A DNA stretch of 64,000 nucleotides from Nitrospirota bacterium. GTDB lineage: Bacteria; Nitrospirota; Nitrospiria; JACQBZ01. Under the pieces are notes generated by a model, which saw nothing but the letters and a program-made list of their open reading frames with translations, had not been told where the DNA came from and made no database searches. The translations under genes and the position numbers were made by a program. The stretch is taken from positions 112 to 64,111 of the forward strand of contig JACQFA010000095.1 of NCBI GenBank assembly GCA_016200255.1, read 5' to 3'. The number at the start of each line of letters is the position of its first letter. The first letter of the stretch is position 1. This document shows, in pieces, positions 56,824 through 64,000 of the stretch.

Positions 56824-57827
56824 CCGTTTTCCCGTTTCGCATACATCCGGTCGTAGTATTTCTGAAACTCACCCGACTTAATCTTCTGCCACCAGGGCGC
56901 GTGTTCCTGATACCACCGGATGGTCTCTAGCAAATCGTCTTCAAAGACATGCCGGGCTTTGAAGCCCAATGCAGCGACTTTTCCACAATCGAGTGCATAC
57001 CGACGATCGTGGCCGGAGCGGTCCTTGACATATTGAATCAGTCCGACCGGCTTGCCCAATTCGTTTAAGATAAACCGGGTCAGCCCGATGTTCGTTCTTT
57101 CGCTCCCCCCTCCGATGTTATAAACCTCGCCCGGCCGGCCCCGGTGAAGAACGAGATCAATCGCGGCGCAGTTGTCGATTACGTAAATCCAGTCCCGGAT
57201 ATTCTGTCCGTCTCCATAAAGAGGCAGCGGCTTGTCCTCAAGGGCATTGGTGATGAACAACGGAATCACCTTCTCCGGATACTGGTACGGCCCGAAATTG
57301 TTCGAGCTGCGGGTGATGATCGCAGGAAACCCATAGGTCCGGACGTAGGACTGGACCAGCAGATCACCGGCCGCCTTCGATGCCGCATAGGGACTGTTCG
57401 GATGGAGGGGCGACGCCTCCGTAAAGGCCCCGCGGTCTATGCTTCCATACACCTCATCCGTGCTGATCTGAATGTACCGTTCATGGTTGTTTCGTTTGGC
57501 CGCTTCCAAAAGCACATAGGTTCCGAAGACATCCGTCTGGATAAAACCGCCCGGCTCCAGGATCGAACGATCTACGTGCGTCTCGGCCGCAAAATTAAGG
57601 ATCAGATCAGCCGCCTTGGCCAGAGGCTCCACCGCAGCCGGATCGCAAATATCGCCCTGAACGAACCGGTAGTTTGGATGGCTTTCGATATCCCGCAGGT
57701 TGTCGGGGTTCCCAGCATAGGTGAGCTTGTCCAGATTGATGATCTGATAATCCGGGTGCTCTCGGATCATATACCGGATGAAGTTGCTGCCGATAAAGCC
57801 GGCGCCGCCGGTGACGAGTAATTTCAT
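56820..57827 (-). CDS. rfbB: dTDP-glucose 4,6-dehydratase
   Basis: GGAGFIG, DKLTYAG, ETHVDRSI, STDEVYG, YAASK and GHDRRY. Confidence 0.96.
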   Translation of the reverse strand: MKLLVTGGAGFIGSNFIRYMIREHPDYQIINLDKLTYAGNPDNLRDIESHPNYRFVQGDICDPAAVEPLAKAADLILNFAAETHVDRSILEPGGFIQTDVFGTYVLLEAAKRNNHERYIQISTDEVYGSIDRGAFTEASPLHPNSPYAASKAAGDLLVQSYVRTYGFPAIITRSSNNFGPYQYPEKVIPLFITNALEDKPLPLYGDGQNIRDWIYVIDNCAAIDLVLHRGRPGEVYNIGGGSERTNIGLTRFILNELGKPVGLIQYVKDRSGHDRRYALDCGKVAALGFKARHVFEDDLLETIRWYQEHAPWWQKIKSGEFQKYYDRMYAKRENG

Positions 57828-58390
57828 AACCTCTCCTTAAAAATAAAACCGGTATCGGATTCTTTCAGGCGCGGATGGGCCGCGTCCTTTGCTGAGATGA
57901 TCGGGTTTCGGATCGGCCAAGTGATCGCGATGTCCGGATCGTTCCAAACGATCCCGGCGTCCTGTTTCGCGGAGTATTCTTCGGTCACTTTGTAAAACAG
58001 GTCCGCCGTTTCGCTGAGGACGCAGAAACCGTGAGCAAAACCGGGCGGCACATAGAGCATCAGTCGATTGTCGGCCGAAAGCACCGCACTCACCCACCGG
58101 CCGTAGGTCGGAGATCCGCGTCGGACGTCGACCGCGACATCAAAAACTTCCCCGCCCACGGCCCGGACAAGTTTTCCCTGGGCCATGGGATCCTTTTGGT
58201 AATGCAGCCCTCTCAAAACAGCATGGGTCGATCGGGAGTAATTGTCCTGGACAAATCGCTCTTTTATACCGAATGCAGCGAATTCGGAAAACTTATAGAC
58301 CTCCACGAAAAATCCGCGTTCATCTTGATGAACTTTAGGCTCAATCAAGATCACTGCCGGAATTAAAAGCCGCTCAAATTGAAAAGGCAT
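57824..58390 (-). CDS. rfbC: dTDP-4-dehydrorhamnose 3,5-epimerase
   Basis: DERGFF, VLRGLHYQ, QGKLV and GFAHGF. Confidence 0.96.
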   Translation of the reverse strand: MPFQFERLLIPAVILIEPKVHQDERGFFVEVYKFSEFAAFGIKERFVQDNYSRSTHAVLRGLHYQKDPMAQGKLVRAVGGEVFDVAVDVRRGSPTYGRWVSAVLSADNRLMLYVPPGFAHGFCVLSETADLFYKVTEEYSAKQDAGIVWNDPDIAITWPIRNPIISAKDAAHPRLKESDTGFIFKERL

Positions 58391-58398
58391 ACGCCTCC

Positions 58399-59133
58399 TT
58401 ATAGGTTGTTGGCCCCTGTCTTGGCCACCAGTTGATTCGCCAGGAGAAGCGATTCAAAGGTTCCCGCATCGGTCCACCAACCTTCCAGTCCTTCCCAGGT
58501 CATCTCCCCGCGTTTGATATAGGCATTGTTCACGTCCGTGATCTCAAGCTCTCCACGCCCGGAAGGTTTTAGCGTCCTAATGATATCAAACACCGTGCTA
58601 TCGTACATGTAAATCCCCGTCACGGCATATGGGGACTTGGGCCGTTTGGGTTTTTCCTGAATTTTCACGATCCTTTTTCCCTTGAATATCGGCACACCGA
58701 ACCGTTCCGGGTCGGGCACCTCCTTGACCATGATCTTGGCTCCTCGGGGCTGCGTCTCGAAATCCTTCACGGCTTTGATGATATTCTTCTCGATGATGTT
58801 ATCACCCAGGATGACGCAGAGTTTGTCGTTATCGCATAAAAATTCGGCCAGGCTCAATGCCTCAGCGATCCCCCCTTCCCCGTGCTGATAGGTATAGTTC
58901 AGATGTTTCAGACCGAATTCCTTCCCATTTCCCAGGAGCTTCAGAAAATCACCGGCGCTGTTTCCCCCCGTCACGATCAATATGTCCCGAATGCCGGCTT
59001 TGATTAAAGCTTCAAGCGGATAATAGATCATCGGCTTATTATAAATCGGCAGAAGATGCTTGTTCGTTACTTTTGTTAACGGCGACAAACGGCTCCCCAG
59101 CCCCCCCGCTAGAATCACTCCTTTCATATACAT
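58399..59133 (-). CDS. rfbA: Glucose-1-phosphate thymidylyltransferase (short form)
   Basis: LAGGLGSRLSPLT..NKHLLP, LGDNI, PSGRGELEITD and WTDAGT. Confidence 0.92.
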   Translation of the reverse strand: MYMKGVILAGGLGSRLSPLTKVTNKHLLPIYNKPMIYYPLEALIKAGIRDILIVTGGNSAGDFLKLLGNGKEFGLKHLNYTYQHGEGGIAEALSLAEFLCDNDKLCVILGDNIIEKNIIKAVKDFETQPRGAKIMVKEVPDPERFGVPIFKGKRIVKIQEKPKRPKSPYAVTGIYMYDSTVFDIIRTLKPSGRGELEITDVNNAYIKRGEMTWEGLEGWWTDAGTFESLLLANQLVAKTGANNL

Positions 59134-59166
59134 CTCCCCATCATCTAATGAACCCTCGACTTGATG

Positions 59167-60864
59167 CTACTGGTCGATTCTATAGATCACAAACGGCGTC
59201 GGTATTTTCGCACTTTCATAGACGCGGTGCCAGCCCTCCATCGTCTTCTTTTCGACCAATCCATCACGATCGGTATACTCAAAGTACTCCTTTAGTATCG
59301 GAGGGCTTGCGTAGTCTTCTTTGTGCAGCACGATCAGGCTGATTTTTCTTTTTTTGAGAAGGCCTCTGAATTCCGAAACATCCATTTCCGGAAGAGGGTC
59401 GTGCCGTGAAATCATCGCAACCTTGCCTTTAAAATCGGCGTGCCACAACGCTCCCCAGTAATGGACAGTCGGACGGAAAATAACGACGTCGTCTTCCTTC
59501 ACGTTGTCTCTAAACCAATCCATCAGTTCATGTTCATCGTCCGGAAGATCGACCGAATGAATCAGCGGTGTTACATTTTTGGTCGCGGCCGCGTACGCGG
59601 CGACCGGCATTAAAAATAATGTTAATGCCATCGGGACAACCCGAGACACCCTGAAACGTAAATACCCGGATGGGACGCGGCGATCGATCTCTTTAAGGAA
59701 TTCACTACCCCCGAATGCGCCGTAGGCCACGATGAGGGGCAGCAACGGCGTCAGATACCTCATCCCGGCATAGACCTTGAAAAACCACGAAAACGGAATA
59801 AAAAATATCGTGATGCCCGTCAGGGTGTAAACGACCCTCCTCTTATCCGGATCCCTCACGATCCCAAATGTGAAAAGAACCGCCAGGAGGAGACTGACGA
59901 ATTGACTCCACAAAGGAGATCGTATCATGAATAGGTTCAGACTGTTTAACAGCAATCCGGCTTCGCCGATCAGACCGTTTATGGCCCTTCGTGCGATTTC
60001 AGAGTACGAATGGGTTTGAATATAAGAAAGCAGGGTCGGCATTTTTGTCGTCGAGAACGTGTGTTGATGCCAATTCAAGGTAAGTGCATATTTGTCTGAG
60101 AGCTCCCGAAGGCTGTTGATCCAGAAAATATTGGAGTTGTAATCATCATAAAGAAGGGCGTGGTAAACCACGATGTTCCGAATGAACAGCGGAGAAACCA
60201 ACGCCAGGAATCCAAGAAAGAAATACCAGAAATATTTATTCTTCAGGATTTGGAATCGAAAGACAAACAGGCCGGATAGAAAAAAAACGGGGATCAGGAG
60301 AATTTCGGGTCCTTTGGTCATATAGGCAAGTCCGGACGACACCCCGGCCCATATCCAATACCGGTTATCACTCAGCCCCCTGATCATGAAGTACCATGCC
60401 GACAAAAAGAAAATCATCAGGAGGGTCTCGCAATCAACATGGGTGGATCGCTCCAAGTATGCGGCGTTAAAAACCATTAAGACCGAACCGAACTTGGCCG
60501 CCGCATCTCCGAACAGATCACGGATGACGAAGAACGAAATCAAAACGACGACCCATCCGACAATCAGTGTTGCCAATTTTGCCTCTGGAAAAAAGGAGAG
60601 GTCCCTCGATGCGAAAGGGGATAGAAATAATAAATAGAGAGGATGTTGCAGGGCAATCTTATATTCACCGGTCAAACAGAGCTTGATAAAGTTTAAAGCC
60701 CCGCCGTGCTCTTTAATGAACAGGGCGCCTTCCAAGTAAGACCCCGTATCATCAAATGAAGGATCAACCTCCTCATTCATTTTATAAGATCCGATCAATA
60801 AGAAGGTGACGCTTAACAAAACCACGAAGACGATGGTGTGCAAACGATCCGATGGCATCATCAT
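59167..60864 (-). CDS. GT-C membrane glycosyltransferase (PMT/ArnT-like)
   Basis: DD in the first loop, HPLY, multiple TM helices, RYLTPLLP and a C-terminal periplasmic domain. Confidence 0.82.
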   Translation of the reverse strand: MMMPSDRLHTIVFVVLLSVTFLLIGSYKMNEEVDPSFDDTGSYLEGALFIKEHGGALNFIKLCLTGEYKIALQHPLYLLFLSPFASRDLSFFPEAKLATLIVGWVVVLISFFVIRDLFGDAAAKFGSVLMVFNAAYLERSTHVDCETLLMIFFLSAWYFMIRGLSDNRYWIWAGVSSGLAYMTKGPEILLIPVFFLSGLFVFRFQILKNKYFWYFFLGFLALVSPLFIRNIVVYHALLYDDYNSNIFWINSLRELSDKYALTLNWHQHTFSTTKMPTLLSYIQTHSYSEIARRAINGLIGEAGLLLNSLNLFMIRSPLWSQFVSLLLAVLFTFGIVRDPDKRRVVYTLTGITIFFIPFSWFFKVYAGMRYLTPLLPLIVAYGAFGGSEFLKEIDRRVPSGYLRFRVSRVVPMALTLFLMPVAAYAAATKNVTPLIHSVDLPDDEHELMDWFRDNVKEDDVVIFRPTVHYWGALWHADFKGKVAMISRHDPLPEMDVSEFRGLLKKRKISLIVLHKEDYASPPILKEYFEYTDRDGLVEKKTMEGWHRVYESAKIPTPFVIYRIDQ

Positions 60865-61625
60865 TTGACCCCGGTTTGCTCATTCGGAAACAGCCTTGAA
60901 CTCACCAGCCCCATCTTCGCCAGACGAAATTGGAGACCTGTCTTTAGACAACCCAGACCGTACTGGATGCTGCGGCTCAAGTTGATGGATGAGGCCTCCG
61001 GAAAATATTTCGTTGGACAGCTCACTTCGGCGATGGTATGGCCGAACCACAGGATCTGAGCCAGCATCTGGTTATCAAACACAAAATCATCCGAATTGTA
61101 ATCGATCGGCAGCTGTTTCAGAAGCGGGCGCGAAAAAGCCCTGTATCCTGTGTGATATTCGGAAAGCTTGGCCCCCGTTAGAATATTTTCGACTAAAGTC
61201 AGGAAGCGGTTGGGAATGTACTTCCAGAGTGGCATGCCCCCTTTCAGCGCATATCCCCCTAAAATTCTCGATCCCAAGACGCAAGGATAAAGACCATTTC
61301 CAATCATCGACACCATGGCCGGAATCAGCCTGGGTGTATATTGATAATCCGGATGGACCATGACGATAATGTCACCCTGTTCCTCTAAAGCAAGCTTGTA
61401 GCATGTTTTCTGATTTCCGCCGTAGCCTTTGTTGGTGGTATGGGTAATGACTCTTACATTCTTGAGACTCTTTGCAATCTCCGTGGTCTTGTCCTGACTG
61501 CCGTCGTCGACAAGGATCACAAGATCGACGAGGTTCTCCTCCATCACCTCCTCATACGTCTTGCGCAACGTCTTTTCCGCATTGTACGCCGGCATCACCA
61601 CAATTACTTTTTTTTCCTTAAACAT
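60861..61625 (-). CDS. GT2 polyprenyl-phosphate glycosyltransferase (DPM1-like)
   Basis: MPAYNAE, DDGSQD, NKGYGGNQKT, HPDYQY and EYHTGYRAF. Confidence 0.9.
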   Translation of the reverse strand: MFKEKKVIVVMPAYNAEKTLRKTYEEVMEENLVDLVILVDDGSQDKTTEIAKSLKNVRVITHTTNKGYGGNQKTCYKLALEEQGDIIVMVHPDYQYTPRLIPAMVSMIGNGLYPCVLGSRILGGYALKGGMPLWKYIPNRFLTLVENILTGAKLSEYHTGYRAFSRPLLKQLPIDYNSDDFVFDNQMLAQILWFGHTIAEVSCPTKYFPEASSINLSRSIQYGLGCLKTGLQFRLAKMGLVSSRLFPNEQTGVK

Positions 61626-61651
61626 GTCCCTCCCCGATCGGTTGCGGTGTT

Positions 61652-62890
61652 TCAGACACGTTGGACATGGGTCCCTCCTAAAAGTTCGGCGTAGACCTCC
61701 ACCGACTCACGGGCCATTCGCTCGAGACTCAGTTCTTCCAAAGCTTTCTTCCGATTGGCGTGTCCATAGCGCTCTCGCAATCGGGGGTCTGCTAAAAGAT
61801 CGGATAGGGCGTCGGCCAGAGATTGCGGATCACCCGGCGGAACCACGAGGCCGTTTGTTCCGTGAATCACCACCTCCGGCGACCCTCCGCCCGATGTGGT
61901 GACGATCGGCAGCCCCGCCGCCATCCCTTCGAGAAGCACATTGGCCAGATTTTCATACAGCGACGGGACCACGAGGACATCCCCCAACCCGTAAATCCGG
62001 GCGACATCGTGATGCTTGATGTTGCCGATGAAGCGGAACGATTCCCGAATCCCGTTCCGGTCGGCGATCTGCTCCATATACGCCTGCATCGAACCGCCCC
62101 CGGGCGCCGACTCGGAGTCCGCCCCGGCAAAAACGAACCTTGTATTTGGAAATCGACGGACGACCCCGACCGCGGCCTCGGCCAGAATGTGAACGCCCTT
62201 TCGGAACTCGAGCCGCCCGACATACAGCACCGTGGACGATCCTTCAACTCCGTATTCGCGTCGAAGTTCCAGATCGGCCCCGGGCTTGAACTGGTCAGCA
62301 TTCACCCCGGGATAGATCACACGGCAAAGTCCATGGACGCCGACACGCCGACCCATCAGGTTCATAATATCTCGGCTTGGGAAGATAAACGCGCGGCACC
62401 GGCGCACGGGCGTATTCTCGACCCACCAGTCAATCGCACGGTTAATCCGCATCCGGGGGCCGTTCCGGCAGGCCGGGCCGCAATTCAATTCGTCCACCAG
62501 CCATCGCGGCATCGAGAACCGAACGACATACGGCGTCCGCCCCAGAAAGCTGTACGCCAGCCCCTCGCCGCGGTAATCCGGAAACTGGATTACCTCGATC
62601 CCCTGCTCGTGAATCAACCGACCAAGAAGCCGATTCACCCGAATACTGTAGAAAATATTATTGACGGAGCGTCCAAGTCCGGCCAGATCATAACGCGGCC
62701 TCGGCACGCGATAAACTGTCACCGGGCCGTCGGCATGAGGCCCGATGGTTTTCCCATGCGAAGTGCTGGAGACGACTGTAACCCGGTGACCGAGCACCGA
62801 CAGGGCGTGGGCCAGCTTATAGACGTAGCTCCCCAGCCCGCCGAAATCCGTTTCCGGGGGATATTCGGCCGAAATTAATGCGATTTTCAT
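61652..62890 (-). CDS. GT4 glycosyltransferase
   Basis: EYPPE..GGLGSY, VGRLEFRKG and ENLANVLLEGMAAG. Start MKIALIS at 62890. Confidence 0.92.
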   Translation of the reverse strand: MKIALISAEYPPETDFGGLGSYVYKLAHALSVLGHRVTVVSSTSHGKTIGPHADGPVTVYRVPRPRYDLAGLGRSVNNIFYSIRVNRLLGRLIHEQGIEVIQFPDYRGEGLAYSFLGRTPYVVRFSMPRWLVDELNCGPACRNGPRMRINRAIDWWVENTPVRRCRAFIFPSRDIMNLMGRRVGVHGLCRVIYPGVNADQFKPGADLELRREYGVEGSSTVLYVGRLEFRKGVHILAEAAVGVVRRFPNTRFVFAGADSESAPGGGSMQAYMEQIADRNGIRESFRFIGNIKHHDVARIYGLGDVLVVPSLYENLANVLLEGMAAGLPIVTTSGGGSPEVVIHGTNGLVVPPGDPQSLADALSDLLADPRLRERYGHANRKKALEELSLERMARESVEVYAELLGGTHVQRV

Positions 62891-62945
62891 ATCATGCTTA
62901 CCGTATATCTTTCTAAACGTGGAGCTGGATAGACGCACCGACTTA

Positions 62946-63509
62946 CTATTTATTTGAGTAGGTGCCACCAAACCAAGTAAGGGAAGGCTGACGATCGCAA
63001 CTGGTAACGGATGACGAACTGCAGAGAGCTTGATTTTGAAATACGGTTGCGCTGTTGCCTGCCGCTTTGGCCTGAAAATGCAAGGTCACAACGGTACCGG
63101 TGCCAGTGACGCCCGACGTCTGTCCCGAAACGCCCGCGATCAACCGGTCGCTCCGCGCCGCAACGGCGTATGTCACGTTCCCGGACTTTTCGAAGAAATC
63201 TCCGGCGGTATAGCTGACATAGGTTAAAACGGCGGGGTCGAAGGTCAGATCAAACGCGGCGCCGAAGATCGAGTCCGTCACACCGTTGGCATTTACGATC
63301 AGATCGAGATTGCCGCCGCTAACGTTGCCGCTGAGACCGATCGTATTTGCACCTGGACTGGCCGAGTCGGGCGTGAAGGTTGCCGACGCAGAAGGCGTTT
63401 TGGAACCCCCGCCGCCTCCGCCGCACCCGGCCAGCCCAAGCCCCATGCCGAATATCAAGACGAGCAGCAGCGACGCCAACCGGGATATTTTGAAAGGCTC
63501 CGTCATCAC
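62946..63509 (-). CDS. Cohesin-domain lipoprotein
   Basis: Lipobox LAGC plus Gly linker; GAAFDLTFDPAVLTYVS...GTGTVVTLHFQAKAAG cohesin pattern. Confidence 0.78.
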   Translation of the reverse strand: MMTEPFKISRLASLLLVLIFGMGLGLAGCGGGGGGSKTPSASATFTPDSASPGANTIGLSGNVSGGNLDLIVNANGVTDSIFGAAFDLTFDPAVLTYVSYTAGDFFEKSGNVTYAVAARSDRLIAGVSGQTSGVTGTGTVVTLHFQAKAAGNSATVFQNQALCSSSSVTSCDRQPSLTWFGGTYSNK

Positions 63510-64000
63510 AGACTCTTTCCAAAGTTGTCCATGAACAGTGAGAGATCAACCGAATCGATCGTTCCGCTGCCGTCCAGATCACAGGCGGCGCACCAGTTCG
63601 ACGCGCCCACACTGGAACCCATCGCCAGACTAAAGGTCACCAGGTCATAGCCGTCCAGGCGATTAATCGACGGCGCGGTCGTGTCGGCATCCCCCGTCGC
63701 CATCCTGACCAGCACCACATAATTGGTATTATCAGGATAGGCCGGACCGGCGTAGCCCGAAGCGAGGGGACCTCCCAACGTCACGGAACCGGCATTGAAG
63801 GGACGGGAATAAAGCTTGAGCGAACCGCTGCCGCCGTTCACGCTCACGCCGATATTGCGGCCGGTATCGGTCCATTGCTGCGCCGGTCCGAGCCAGTCCG
63901 GCACCTGGGTCGCGTTCGGATCGAACGCCACGTACACCGCCGCCGGCTGTCCCAACCCCAATTGGATGTAGCTGTCGTTTGCGTTTGCTTTGTCATCGTT
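63506..64000 (-). CDS. Secreted protein with C-terminal dockerin domain (3' end only; frame open to the window edge)
   Basis: Duplicated Ca-binding repeats GDAD...RLDGYDL..F..MG and DLDGSGTIDSVDL..F..NFG. ATGA-coupled to the cohesin gene. Confidence 0.75.
   Translation of the reverse strand, partial: NDDKANANDSYIQLGLGQPAAVYVAFDPNATQVPDWLGPAQQWTDTGRNIGVSVNGGSGSLKLYSRPFNAGSVTLGGPLASGYAGPAYPDNTNYVVLVRMATGDADTTAPSINRLDGYDLVTFSLAMGSSVGASNWCAACDLDGSGTIDSVDLSLFMDNFGKSL

Overview
Gene-dense, roughly 55-60% GC (estimated by eye) chromosomal window from a Gram-negative bacterium. The gene content suggests Nitrospirota or a deltaproteobacteria-like lineage, but this is inference only. The left part (1-17.8 kb) holds housekeeping and redox genes: fumC, a ThDP decarboxylase and an aldehyde dehydrogenase; GDPD; an ATP-grasp ligase coupled to lysine 2,3-aminomutase; the rubrerythrin/Fe-S oxidoreductase/DUF3501 cluster; mrp/apbC; and a NorQ/NorD-type chaperone pair. 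The right part (17.8-64 kb) is a large minus-strand exopolysaccharide/glycosylation locus. It includes a priming transferase, OM barrel, Wza, a degenerate GGDEF protein, a sigma54 activator, many glycosyltransferases, AsnB, Wzy/ligase, Wzx, rmlACBD, a GT-C/DPM1 pair, a cohesin lipoprotein and a dockerin protein. Embedded on the plus strand (25.7-33.7 kb) is the most interesting unit. A sigma54 promoter is followed by two tandem GEMM-I riboswitches with A at the Vc2 G20 position (the c-AMP-GMP-type signature), each overlapping a terminator (ON logic). Three secreted proteins follow. Two begin with an FN3 domain lacking its first strand and carry a GGC-TM anchor. Two glycan-active modules end in an orphan FN3 first strand (DTTPPAPPTGLxV-stop), which suggests a strand-complementation docking system. 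One gene looks like a polyprotein with an internal second signal peptide. No tRNA, rRNA, CRISPR array or transposase was recognised.
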